Shown here: positions 30,975 to 40,622 of the stretch, piece after piece
Layout of the letters: each line of letters starts with the position of its first letter
Position numbering within the stretch: the first letter of the stretch is position 1
Made by a program: the position numbers and the translations under genes
The notes under the pieces: model-generated
Seen by the model: the letters and a program-made list of their open reading frames with translations, nothing else
What the model was told of the DNA's origin: nothing
The model's database searches: none
NCBI GenBank assembly: GCA_965140585.1
Contig: OZ223268.1
Coordinates: 133,221 to 197,220, forward strand
Direction: 5' to 3'
DNA from: Spirochaetia bacterium
GTDB taxonomy: Bacteria; Spirochaetota; Spirochaetia; UBA9216
Length of the DNA: 64,000 nt

Positions 30975-31748
30975 ATGAGACAAAGAGTTCAGAAAATTTC
31001 AGCTACCCTTTCCGAGCGTCTATCCGGATGGAAAGAAGTAGACTCAATAACCGCAATGAAGGCTGCCGATGAAGATCTTACAAGTCCGTATTTTTTCATC
31101 AGCCTTGATGTTTATTACAGGGGTGATATTCCACCAGCCGAAACAAGGCAGAAGCTTTTTTCTGATGCGGGCGCATTTGAATCTTCCAGCCACGGAAAGA
31201 AGGACCGCTTTTTCATGGACGACATTCCGGTGCGAATAGAGTTCAAGGACATGGAACGAATAAACCATATACTGAATATTAATCCTGATAATTTCTGGAC
31301 CTTCAGGGCCACCGGAACTTATATGTTTTACCGCATCATGAACGGACGGGTACTCTTCCAGAAAAGTCCATGGCTTAACCAGGTAAGGGAAAAACTGGCG
31401 GAGATTCCCGAGCACTTCTGGACACTACTGATCAACTCATGCCTGACAACAATGGAACACTATCTTGTGGATGTGAAGTCATCGGCAGTACTTGGAGATC
31501 AGCTGTTTTATACACTGTCGCTAAGCGGCTTTCTTAAGAGTTTTATTAGCCTGATGTTTGCCATCAATCATACTTTTGAACCTTCATCAAGGAATCTGAA
31601 GTCTCAGATGGACTCGCTTTCACTCACCCCCGAGCATTTTAAAAGCCGGTTTGGCATCCTGTTTTCAGACCAGGAAGAGATGTCCCCGGAACGTAAAGCA
31701 GAGATATGTGAACTTCTGGCAAGAAGCGTAATTCCCTTTATAAAATAG
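30975..31748 (+). CDS. Nucleotidyltransferase-fold/DUF4037-like protein
   Basis: N-terminal alpha/beta region (ISLDVY) plus helical C-terminus with FAINH.FEPS; family call tentative. Confidence 0.5.
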   Translation: MRQRVQKISATLSERLSGWKEVDSITAMKAADEDLTSPYFFISLDVYYRGDIPPAETRQKLFSDAGAFESSSHGKKDRFFMDDIPVRIEFKDMERINHILNINPDNFWTFRATGTYMFYRIMNGRVLFQKSPWLNQVREKLAEIPEHFWTLLINSCLTTMEHYLVDVKSSAVLGDQLFYTLSLSGFLKSFISLMFAINHTFEPSSRNLKSQMDSLSLTPEHFKSRFGILFSDQEEMSPERKAEICELLARSVIPFIK

Positions 31749-31791
31749 ACTTATGAGCTGATTATTAGATTAAAATATTACCGCTTAAGAC

Positions 31792-31820
31792 TTGACTCAT
31801 GTCTGCAAAATTCTTATACT
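31792..31820 (+). promoter_or_regulatory. Sigma-70 promoter of the tRNA pair
   Basis: TTGACT-17 bp-TATACT, 20 bp before tRNA-Pro. Confidence 0.75.
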
Positions 31821-31840
31821 TTGCAGACTTCATGAGAAAC

Positions 31841-31913
31841 CGGGATGTAGCCTAGTGGCTAAGGCGCCTGCTTTGGGAGCAGGAGATCGCGAGTTCGAGT
31901 CCCGCCATCCCGA
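31841..31913 (+). tRNA. tRNA-Pro (TGG)
   Basis: Acceptor CGGGATG/CATCCCG, anticodon stem CCTGC/GCAGG with loop TTTGGGA, TTCGAGT T-loop; CCA not encoded. Confidence 0.95.
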
Positions 31914-31933
31914 TAGCGGAAATATCTGCACGA

Positions 31934-32007
31934 GCGTCCATAGCTCAGCTGGATAGAGCAACGGCCTTCTAAGCCGTAGGTCAGAGGTTCGAATCCTCTT
32001 GGACGTA
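31934..32007 (+). tRNA. tRNA-Arg (TCT)
   Basis: Acceptor GCGTCCA/TGGACGT, anticodon stem ACGGC/GCCGT with loop CTTCTAA, GGTTCGAATCC. Confidence 0.95.
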
Positions 32008-32013
32008 AAAAAT

Positions 32014-32047
32014 ACCGAAGTGACCGTAAGGTTGCTTCGGTTTTTTT
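32014..32047 (+). terminator. Intrinsic terminator after tRNAs
   Basis: ACCGAAGTGACC-GTAA-GGTTGCTTCGGT followed by T-run. Confidence 0.88.
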
Positions 32048-32051
32048 ATGC

Positions 32052-32136
32052 TCCAAATCGGGAGGATTCGAACCAGAGTGCCGGCGCGCGAAGCGGAAGC
32101 GAGGCACGATGCCGAGCGCCAGCGAACGAGGCGGCC
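32052..32136. repeat. GC-rich palindromic element starting with an inverted copy of the tRNA-Arg T-arm
   Basis: GAGGATTCGAACC (32062-32074) is the reverse complement of GGTTCGAATCCTC in tRNA-Arg; followed by GCGAAGC and GGCA-CGA-TGCC mini-hairpins. Confidence 0.45.
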
Positions 32137-32213
32137 TGAATTAAATTACCTTCCGCATCTTTGTGAACTGTTCATAGTGATTCAGAGTTTTAAACAAGAA
32201 AGTTCCGCTTTAT

Positions 32214-33199
32214 TTATTCTCTTGCTATAATTGTATAGTTTATCAGATTCTCAGTCATCAGAGTTTCTTTAGCTTCTATTGATAATCCACGTGCAATAAA
32301 GCCCTGTGATATTTCTCCTATGTCGACAAATGCAGTTTCAATACCATCATACTGACTTGTTGAAGCTATTACTTTTATAATTCTGTCCCATAGGGAGCTT
32401 CCAGTTCAAAGTTAAAAGGATATGAACCATCCGGTATTTTGTAGATTGTTTCAGAAGATATATAATTATTATCAAAGTACTCATTAGGAAAAATAAGCTG
32501 ATACTGACCTTCCACATCAATATGATATATTTTTACATAGCAGTTTTTATTGGCTATCAAGTTAACAATAAGATTCTCTCCCTCGAAATATACTCCGCCA
32601 TCCCCCCTGCTCGTCCAAACTTTTAAAACCAATTCATCATCATGTTTTAAAATTCCTGATATTTCTTTAATCACATTTTTTGCTTTATTATAGTTATCAG
32701 GATATAAGGCTATTTTACTTGGAATAACACCTTTAGGGATACTGATTTTAACAGTATTTAAAGTAACAGCTGTTCTTATAGAAAGTAAATCCAGATATAA
32801 CTCAATGATTTCATCGAACACATAATACTTCCCTGTTATAAGCGTATCTACGACCTTCAGTTCACCAGTCATAGAGCCAGCTTCATCATCAAACAATCCG
32901 GATAATTCAAGGGTTATCTCATCAATGATCTGATCCATATTATTCCGGTTAACGACACTAACCGCTGATTCTTCAGTTAAAACAAGTTCAATCCGTTCTG
33001 ATACATAGGAACTGAATTCAGATCCTATATTTTTATCAGAAAGCACTATATTCCCAATACCGATTGTTAGATTTTCTTCAACCGGATTGATCAATTTTTT
33101 TAAAGGAGGATACAGGATTGAATCCATAGAATCTGAGAAAACCAGCCCACCAATAAAAATGAGATAAATCACTGTCACTACTTTCTTAGCTGAGCTCAT
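32214..33199 (-). pseudogene. Exported FlgO/CsgG-like plus DUF4384 protein, frameshifted near 32380
   Basis: Signal peptide after ATG 33199; VVNRNNMDQIIDEITLELSGL; YFEGENL...LIFPNEY...IPD...APYGTE; shifted frame continues IKVIASTSQ...YTIIARE to stop at 32214. May be an assembly error. Confidence 0.65.
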
Positions 33200-33357
33200 A
33201 CTTCCTTCCATAACTAATTTTAATTCCTCTAGCTGATTCACTATACCATGACTGACAGGTATATCAAAAGTCTTTCTTGACGGCTCCTCAAAGATCAAAT
33301 ACCATACTAAAAAACAAAAACGGCTTTTTACTCTTCCAAAGAGAAATAGGGACAGTA

Positions 33358-36300
33358 ATGAAAAAACTGATAATAATTCTTGTAATCATAATATCTACAT
33401 ATTGTTGTTCAACACAGAGTAAATATCAAAATATTGAATACAAAACATCAACTTCACAATATTCAGTACTAAACAGACCGCAAAATCCTCCTTCTGATTT
33501 TAATCCTGTGATAGAAATTGATCCCGGCGGACATACCAGTGCTGTAAAAAGTATTTCAGCTTCAAAATCTGGTATGACTATATTTTCCGCAGGGCAGGAT
33601 AGAACTATCAGACTTTTTGACAAAGAAACAGGTAGACAACTTAGAAAATTTATATTTGAACTCGAATCAACTGGAGAGAAAACTTTTTTAAATTCTGTTT
33701 CATTATCACCTGATGAAAATTATATTGCAGTCGGAGGCTCAACACCAGGAATCAGAATTTTTAATGTCAACTCAGGTAAAATGGTAAAGATAATTTACGG
33801 TCCAATGAGCATCATCTATGACTTGAAATACAGTCCGGATGGTAAATATATCGCGGCTGGGTTTACAGATGGTACCGGAGGAGGGATAGCTGTTTTTTCT
33901 GTTTTAGATAATTATCAGAACATTTTTGAAATTAGAACTGATGATAATTACCCTATGGATATTGAGTTTTTTAGCAAGAAGAATGAAGTCTTTTTAACTG
34001 CAGGATATGTAAGAAAAGGAAGAATTGATATCATTTCAGTCACTCAGGAAAAAGTCATAAAAACGGTCACAACAACCTCAGTAGTACGTGATATAGCAGT
34101 AAACGAGAATAACATTGCGGCAGCCTTCCAGGAAAACAACTTAATCATTTTTTATGATTTCAATTTGAATAAAGTACGAGAATTAAGAAGTGAAATCAAA
34201 AATCCATATAAAATACTTTTCACACCTGATAACAGGTATGTAGTAATTGGTGATGGTTCCGGACTACCCTTTAAGTGCATAAGCTATGAATTAAAAACTT
34301 TACAAAAAGTCTCTGAGTTTACTATGCATAAAGGCTCGGTATTATCAATGGCTGCACTCCCGGATAATACAATATTGAGCGGCGGTGTAGAAGGAAAAAT
34401 CTTCAATTGGAATCCTGAAACAGGGACTCTGGTTACGGAATTTGGAAAACATGAAGAACCGATTAGACGAATATGTACTGACGGTCAGAAAATCTTCTTT
34501 GCTTATAACTGGACACAAAACAATTCTGAAATTTCCGAATTTATTTTTTCCGGGTATATAAAACCAGAAAATTTCAGTTTTGAATTTGGAGAATTCAGTA
34601 CACCGAAGGTTTCTTTTTTAAACACGGAAAAGGATGGTCTGAAAATACAAGCAGTAAGTTCTACCGAGATTGAATTAACACTTAATAGCAGAGAAAAGAA
34701 GATCATCTCTCCAGGATACGGCTCCCGGGGCTTGGGTATTACAAAAGACAGGTTGTTTGTGATCGGAAGCTGGGAAGGGACGATATCAATCTTTGATTCT
34801 GAAGGTAATTTCAGAGCAAAACTCACCGGGCATGATGGCGTAGTATCCGGATTTACAGAATATAAAGACTACCTTGTTTCATGTGGTGATGACAGAACTA
34901 TACGATTCTGGGATCTTGGCATAATTGATGATCTCTCAGCGCTCCCTATGAGTTTTATTATAAAAGAAGTTTTTCCCGGAGGCCCGGCAGATAAATCCGG
35001 ACTTGATACAGGGGATATAATAACTGCTGTCAATGGTAGAAAATTCAATGATACTATTTCGTTCGTAGATTATGTACGCAACACCAATCAATGCAGTTTT
35101 GAAATAAGAAGGGAGAATAGGAACATTACAATTGATGCAGCTAAAGAAGAAAATGAAATGTATGCATTCTCACTCGGAACAAATGAATCATCCCTGAAAC
35201 CTTCAATATCCTTTTATATATCACAGAAAGAAGGCCTTGTTGCCTGGACACCGGATGGAGCATTTGAAGGTTCCATGGGAGCCGGCGAAAACATTGGATT
35301 CCACGTCAACCAGGGATTGGCATATGAATCGGATTGGCTTCCCTTAAGGCAGCTGGCTGATATCTATTATAAGCCAGGACTTGTAACAGATTTTTTTAAC
35401 GGTGATCAAATAACCTCACCGCCGCCGATAAAATCACTTAAACTTCCACCTATACTTACTGCTCTGGACATTCAAAAAAAAGATAATCTTGCATGTATCA
35501 AGTTAAGATGTGAAGACCGCGGAGGTGATGCAGTAAATATCAAACTCTATAGAAATAACAGAATCGTTGAGACTTCAATTGAGACCACCTATTCTGAAAA
35601 AATGGTTGAAGAGTTTGAACTGACATCTGAAATGACAGATGGAAAAAATGTATTTCTTATTTCAGCTGAATCAACAGATAAACTGACCTCATTCTCAAAT
35701 AAGATCGAATTTAATAACCCCACAACTAATGAAACTAATCCGGAATTATACATATTATCTTCCGGAGTAAACACTTATTCAGATTTTAATTTGAATACTG
35801 AAAATCGGGGATTAACTATAAATAAAACTGCGTTCAGCCAGGACTCAAACGATAAAAAAGTAACAAACTACAATTATTTTCCAAGTCTGAACTATTCCGT
35901 AAAAGATGCAGAAGATTTTACCGCTGCCTACGTTGCGGGGGCACCGAATTATTTTTCCAGCACTACAGTAATTAAACTCATTGATGATAATGCAACAAAA
36001 GAAAATATAATTATTAATCTCACTGAACTTTCACAAAAAGCGGATTCAAATGACCGTGTAGTAATGTTTTTTGCAGGACATGGTATAACAGTTGAAAAGC
36101 AATATTACTTTGTACCCTATGGAGTAAACACTCTAAAAGAGGTTAAGGAATTCGGAATATCCGCTGCAGAAATAACAAACTGCATTGAAAAAATACAGGC
36201 TGATGAAATCTTTCTTATTCTTGACACGTGTCAAAGCGGTGCAACCAATGATGAACTCTCTAAAAGCATTTTCGGAGCGCTGCTCCTGTTAGGAGAAAAG

Positions 36301-36561
36301 ACCGGGATTTGGGTTATGGCTTCTTCTACGGAATCAGAAGCCAGCCTTGAAAGCAGTCAACTTGAAAATGGTCTATTTACTTACTGCTTAACTGATGTAA
36401 TCAAGTCAGCCAAAGATCTTCCTTATGGAATTAATTTTCAGGAGGCGGCATTAAAAACAGATAAACTTATCAAGGAAAAACTAAAAATTCTCAGTACAAA
36501 TTCTTCGCTTAATCAGACAATCATGTTTACACATGAGATGGATGCAATATTTGCTCAATGA
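33358..36561 (+). CDS. Secreted/lipoprotein WD40-PDZ-caspase-like (peptidase C14) protein
   Basis: MKKLIIILVIIISTYCC signal; GH..V/SAGQDRTIRLFD and GHDG...DDRTIRFWD WD40 repeats; PDZ (PGGPADKSGL.GDIITAVNG); C14 dyad FFAGHG and LDTCQSG. Confidence 0.85.
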   Translation: MKKLIIILVIIISTYCCSTQSKYQNIEYKTSTSQYSVLNRPQNPPSDFNPVIEIDPGGHTSAVKSISASKSGMTIFSAGQDRTIRLFDKETGRQLRKFIFELESTGEKTFLNSVSLSPDENYIAVGGSTPGIRIFNVNSGKMVKIIYGPMSIIYDLKYSPDGKYIAAGFTDGTGGGIAVFSVLDNYQNIFEIRTDDNYPMDIEFFSKKNEVFLTAGYVRKGRIDIISVTQEKVIKTVTTTSVVRDIAVNENNIAAAFQENNLIIFYDFNLNKVRELRSEIKNPYKILFTPDNRYVVIGDGSGLPFKCISYELKTLQKVSEFTMHKGSVLSMAALPDNTILSGGVEGKIFNWNPETGTLVTEFGKHEEPIRRICTDGQKIFFAYNWTQNNSEISEFIFSGYIKPENFSFEFGEFSTPKVSFLNTEKDGLKIQAVSSTEIELTLNSREKKIISPGYGSRGLGITKDRLFVIGSWEGTISIFDSEGNFRAKLTGHDGVVSGFTEYKDYLVSCGDDRTIRFWDLGIIDDLSALPMSFIIKEVFPGGPADKSGLDTGDIITAVNGRKFNDTISFVDYVRNTNQCSFEIRRENRNITIDAAKEENEMYAFSLGTNESSLKPSISFYISQKEGLVAWTPDGAFEGSMGAGENIGFHVNQGLAYESDWLPLRQLADIYYKPGLVTDFFNGDQITSPPPIKSLKLPPILTALDIQKKDNLACIKLRCEDRGGDAVNIKLYRNNRIVETSIETTYSEKMVEEFELTSEMTDGKNVFLISAESTDKLTSFSNKIEFNNPTTNETNPELYILSSGVNTYSDFNLNTENRGLTINKTAFSQDSNDKKVTNYNYFPSLNYSVKDAEDFTAAYVAGAPNYFSSTTVIKLIDDNATKENIIINLTELSQKADSNDRVVMFFAGHGITVEKQYYFVPYGVNTLKEVKEFGISAAEITNCIEKIQADEIFLILDTCQSGATNDELSKSIFGALLLLGEKTGIWVMASSTESEASLESSQLENGLFTYCLTDVIKSAKDLPYGINFQEAALKTDKLIKEKLKILSTNSSLNQTIMFTHEMDAIFAQ

Positions 36562-36695
36562 ACCTTTCATAAATAAGCATCGACACTAAGTAGAAGTTCA
36601 GCACTCCCCATTACCTATCGCTTTTCTCCTTAAATTGAATCGGCAGAAACTTTTTCAGGGTTTTAACAGGCAAACCATCAAACAAGGAGAAAAAT

Positions 36696-37553
36696 ATGAA
36701 ATCAGTAAAAGTATTAAGCATCATCAGTCTTATTCTTATCACAATAGTTGTGATAAGCGGATGCGGAGGCGCGCCGGATTCACCGGTAAAAGCCACCGGA
36801 GTAATTAACATCACCATCGGCTCTTCGGCCGGACAGGCGGCAAGAAATCTGGACCCGCTTAACTCCGCAATTGCAAGCGCAAACAGCGACCTCTTTGAGG
36901 TTCTTATTTACAACGCCAGCACCCTGCTCTCCGCTATCCCGGGGGATGCTGCTGAAACAATCAGTCTTTCTGTTAATCCCGGAACCTACACTGTAATGGT
37001 AATAGCGGGGACGGGTTCTGAATCAAACGCGCTTTATCTGGGTTCCGGATATCGGGATGAGGTTGAGGTAATAGAAGATACTATTACTGACGTGACAATC
37101 ACTCTCATGCCGGCAGGACATGAACTTGATATCCCTGAAACAGTTAACTGCGCAGACACTTACACCGTCAATTTCAGCGGCGATACAAACTCAGACCTGC
37201 TGGGAATATCCTGGGGAGGCACCGCTATGACAAACAGACCCTACATTGAACTTGGTACTGATGCAACAAATATCTATCTGACATGCAGTGAAACAGGCTC
37301 TTCACTGTCCGGTTCTGTAGAGCTGTCAGCACCGACTTCCGAAGGCTCACTTGAAATAAGATTCTACGGCAGCAGAATAAGGCTGACTGATGCCGCATAC
37401 CTGATTGAGAGCGATCTGATTGATTTCGGAAGCATCAACTGGATGTGGGTAGGTGAAACCGTTGTTCCGGACAGTCTTGCAGCTGAGGCAGCAGGAACAG
37501 TTGATTTTGTCTCAACAGGGTCCGGCGTCGGAGTAACTGTAAACTGGTATTAA
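36696..37553 (+). CDS. Hypothetical lipoprotein with Ig/beta-sandwich-like content
   Basis: Lipobox ISGC, AGGAG SD, beta-rich sequence (VNPGTYTVMV). Confidence 0.7.
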   Translation: MKSVKVLSIISLILITIVVISGCGGAPDSPVKATGVINITIGSSAGQAARNLDPLNSAIASANSDLFEVLIYNASTLLSAIPGDAAETISLSVNPGTYTVMVIAGTGSESNALYLGSGYRDEVEVIEDTITDVTITLMPAGHELDIPETVNCADTYTVNFSGDTNSDLLGISWGGTAMTNRPYIELGTDATNIYLTCSETGSSLSGSVELSAPTSEGSLEIRFYGSRIRLTDAAYLIESDLIDFGSINWMWVGETVVPDSLAAEAAGTVDFVSTGSGVGVTVNWY

Positions 37554-37563
37554 ACTAATCCTA

Positions 37564-37593
37564 CCGGGATAAGCCTGGCAGAGTTTATCCCGG
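37564..37593. terminator. Hairpin between convergent genes
   Basis: CCGGGATAAGC/GTTTATCCCGG stem; no clear U-tract. Confidence 0.5.
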
Positions 37594-37609
37594 CGGTTAG
37601 TATCCGAAA

Positions 37610-37933
37610 TCAGGATTTTCTGTAAACAAGCAGTGATGCTGTGCCTGTACCCTTTGTGAATACTATTGTGAAACTGTATCCGGGTAATGATTTCTCTGTA
37701 AAATCAAGCTCGTCAATTTCTACAGCCTCGTCATCGGTGGTGACTCTTGCGCTGACGGGAACTGCTTCCTCTGCAGGTTTAATCACCGTTTCAGGAAAAT
37801 TTGCGGCAATTTCAAGAGACATTCCTTCAACTTCAGTTTTGTAAAGATCTCCGGTAATAAGTTTGTCTTCTATAACCGAAACAGCCTCATCATATCCTGT
37901 CAGGACGTATTCGTTTTCGTTTTCTTTTCCCAT
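37610..37933 (-). CDS. Small acidic hypothetical protein
   Basis: 107-aa ORF with protein-like composition, divergent from the ADP-ribosylhydrolase gene. Confidence 0.55.
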   Translation of the reverse strand: MGKENENEYVLTGYDEAVSVIEDKLITGDLYKTEVEGMSLEIAANFPETVIKPAEEAVPVSARVTTDDEAVEIDELDFTEKSLPGYSFTIVFTKGTGTASLLVYRKS

Positions 37934-37974
37934 AAGATTAATTATAATTATTTTTTGGCTGGATTCAAAAAAAC

Positions 37975-38002
37975 TTGATATCTTTCAACTTAGTGTTATA
38001 AT
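37975..38002 (+). promoter_or_regulatory. Sigma-70 promoter with extended -10 for the ADP-ribosylhydrolase fusion
   Basis: TTGATA-16 bp-TATAAT with TGn; supports a start at 38061 rather than 37863. Confidence 0.55.
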
Positions 38003-38060
38003 TACACATATAAATAGTTTTAAGATTACACTATTATTCCGGAAAATAAGGAAACAGCTG

Positions 38061-39989
38061 ATGATTGGAGCAGTAATAGGTTCACCCTATGAGGTTAAAT
38101 CAACCAAAGATAAGAGCTTTCCCCTGATAACTATTTTTTCGAATATTACTGATGATACAGTTATGACCTGTGCGGCTGCCCTGACACTCCTGAACAGGGG
38201 ACATAATGCTGAATCCGATGATTTTGCCGATTCGTTTCGTAAACTCGGAAATAAATATCCCGGGGCCGGATACGGCGGTAATTTCAGGCGATGGCTGAAG
38301 AAACCCGATGCTCCTGCGTATAATTCATGGGGCAACGGTTCCGCTATGAGAGTAAGTCCTGTGGGATGGATTGTGGAGGATGAAAAAACGGTTCTGAAAC
38401 TTGCCGAGGCCTCTGCAGCCTGCACTCATAACCATCCTGACGGAATAAAAGGCGCTCAGGCTTCAGCCCTGGCCGTTTTTATGGCCAGAAAAGGAAAATC
38501 AAAGGAAGAAATCAGGGGTCGTCTCACAGAACTTTTCGGATATGACCTAAATAGAAAAACAGCTGACATAAGACAAAATTATACCTTCCAGGTCAGCTGC
38601 ATGGAATCAGTACCGGAGGCTATCATTGCATTTCTTGATTCAGACAGCTTTGAAGATGCCCTGCGTAACGCTGTTTCGCTTGGAGGCGATTCCGATACCC
38701 AGGCAGCAATATGCTGCTCAATAGCCGAAGCCTTCTACGGGGAAATCCCTCAAAAAATATTAGCAATGGTTCTTCCCCGCATTCCGTATGATCTGCTCTC
38801 TATTGTTCACAGCTTCTCGCAGAGGTATCTTCCTGAATCATCTGTAAAGGCTGTTAGAAATGAAATGAAATTCAGATCAGGAAATAACATGGACGGAATC
38901 TTTGAACAGTCAAGTCGCTACAGCATTCTGCTTTATTCAAAAACGCAGAAAAATCTACAGGACTACATGGATTCATTAAAAGACGGGACAGCAAATCCCG
39001 GAAGATGGCTGCAGCACCAGCTTGATGGTTTTCAGGTCGCAAAAGAAAAATGGGAGTTTATGCTTCAGTGCCTATTAAACAGCAAGCAGCCCCGCATTTA
39101 TGCAGAAAGCGAACTTCGGGGAGACGGCAGCGACTGGAGTAATGAAGAACTTAAAATATTAGGCGGGATTTCAGTTGCCGTTCCGGTTAGTGTATTTGAC
39201 GACGGCAGACACTATGCCCCTGAAATTCATACTGAGCCATTCGATGCATGCCTTATTTATACTCCGGGAATTCTGCTTAGAAACGATACCGGTAATCCCC
39301 CTGTAGACTGGGACATTATTTCTGATGGAAGTATTAATCAGGATTTATTCACCGAACTCTATGAAACAAAGCTGCTTCCGGCCTTTAAGTATGCCAGCGC
39401 AGCTTCCCTTAAAAATAACAAAAAAGCCATTGTAACAGTGCCGGGCATAGGCTGCGGACAGTTTGCCGACCGGTTTAAAAACAATGCCCCCTACTATCTC
39501 AAAACCGCGCTTGAAACCATCCTTGAGAAACACTGTGAAAGCCTAACTGGAATAGCACTGGTATATTATGACCCCTACAGTGAATGCTCTGATGATGAAA
39601 AAGTATTCGGTAGTCTTACAATGAGAACACGCCCGCTAAGAATAACCCCGCGCCCGCTTTCCCAGCTATGCAGACCACAAGCCTACGCCGAGAACGCGGA
39701 TGATTATTCAGCTCATGACCTGTACAGCATAGTAGCCTGGGATCATGTCTCATGGCCGGGAAATGATTTTTATACAGGAAACAGGGCAACCGACGACGGT
39801 GTGAAGGCGGCAGCAACCGATTCAATGTTCAGAATTACCGGGATTCGAGGTTTTTATGATTCTGATACAAACAGATACCTGCCTCCGGAAGGATATAAAA
39901 ACTGGGAAAGTGCCGTACTTAAGAACCGGCTGGAAATTCGAGCCTTGCGAAATGTGATTCTTACCGGAAATGATACTATATGGAAGTAA
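38061..39989 (+). CDS. ADP-ribosylglycohydrolase (ARH/DraG family) fused to a MavL-like macrodomain
   Basis: N-half: TDDT, SWGNGSAMR, THNHPDGIKGA, GGDSDT. C-half: KQPRIYAES..GDGSDW, PGIGCGQFA, AWDHVSWPGNDFYTGNRATDDGVKAAAT. Confidence 0.8.
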   Translation: MIGAVIGSPYEVKSTKDKSFPLITIFSNITDDTVMTCAAALTLLNRGHNAESDDFADSFRKLGNKYPGAGYGGNFRRWLKKPDAPAYNSWGNGSAMRVSPVGWIVEDEKTVLKLAEASAACTHNHPDGIKGAQASALAVFMARKGKSKEEIRGRLTELFGYDLNRKTADIRQNYTFQVSCMESVPEAIIAFLDSDSFEDALRNAVSLGGDSDTQAAICCSIAEAFYGEIPQKILAMVLPRIPYDLLSIVHSFSQRYLPESSVKAVRNEMKFRSGNNMDGIFEQSSRYSILLYSKTQKNLQDYMDSLKDGTANPGRWLQHQLDGFQVAKEKWEFMLQCLLNSKQPRIYAESELRGDGSDWSNEELKILGGISVAVPVSVFDDGRHYAPEIHTEPFDACLIYTPGILLRNDTGNPPVDWDIISDGSINQDLFTELYETKLLPAFKYASAASLKNNKKAIVTVPGIGCGQFADRFKNNAPYYLKTALETILEKHCESLTGIALVYYDPYSECSDDEKVFGSLTMRTRPLRITPRPLSQLCRPQAYAENADDYSAHDLYSIVAWDHVSWPGNDFYTGNRATDDGVKAAATDSMFRITGIRGFYDSDTNRYLPPEGYKNWESAVLKNRLEIRALRNVILTGNDTIWK

Positions 39990-39996
39990 AATTGTG

Positions 39997-40599
39997 ATGA
40001 ATAAGCTTAGGGTAATTGATAATTCAGCTGTCTATTACGGGGAACTTCATGATAACGAAGTCCACAGCCATCATGCAATACAGCTCATCATATCTCCTGA
40101 AGGGGAATCATAACTTCTGATTAACAATCATAGAATAAAATACAAATCAATTATGATAAATCATGATATTCCGCATGCCATTGAGAAGACTTCAAAAAAT
40201 CTTGTTATTATTTTGTTCAAACCCCTGCTGGACAGTTTATTTAAACTTTCCCTGGATACAGATTATGAAATACTCAATCCAAACCTGGCAACAAAAATAC
40301 TGGATGTTATATCGGGTAAAAATGATGAAAATAAACTGGGACTGTCAAAAAGCAGAATCTCTCATCTTTTCACCGAAGAAATCGGCATATCTCTAAAACA
40401 ATATATTTTATGGAAAAAGCTTCTCTTTGCCATAGACTCAATCCGTTCAGTCTCAGATTTAAGCCAAATTGCGATTGACTGCGGATTTTCTGATATGTCT
40501 CATTTAAGCCGTACATTTAAAAAAATGTTCGGCCACACACCCTCGTCAATATTTAAAAACAGCAGTTCCGTTCAAGTCGATTTTTCAGATTCCCTGTAA
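39997..40599 (+). pseudogene. AraC family regulator, interrupted
   Basis: ATG 39997 (HSHHAIQL cupin motif), in-frame TAA at 40111-40113, then same frame to the HTH (SRISHLF, GFSDMSHLSRTFKKMFG); also short in the middle. Confidence 0.75.
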
Positions 40600-40622
40600 T
40601 TTATATTTCATAGGAGAAAATT

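Noticed and set aside
31889-31905. A-C mismatch in the tRNA-Pro T-stem
   Set aside because: A single mismatch is tolerated or could be a base-call error; the rest of the cloverleaf is canonical.
31859-32230. Short ORFs overlapping the tRNAs
   Set aside because: Shadow frames of the tRNA genes and terminator.
33199-33358. Apparent overlap of the 307-aa and 1094-aa ORFs
   Set aside because: Both signal peptides start later (33199 and 33358), leaving a normal divergent intergenic gap.
37863-38060. N-terminal 66 codons of the 708-aa ORF
   Set aside because: Overlaps the divergent gene and contains a promoter; ARH similarity and an SD point to ATG 38061.
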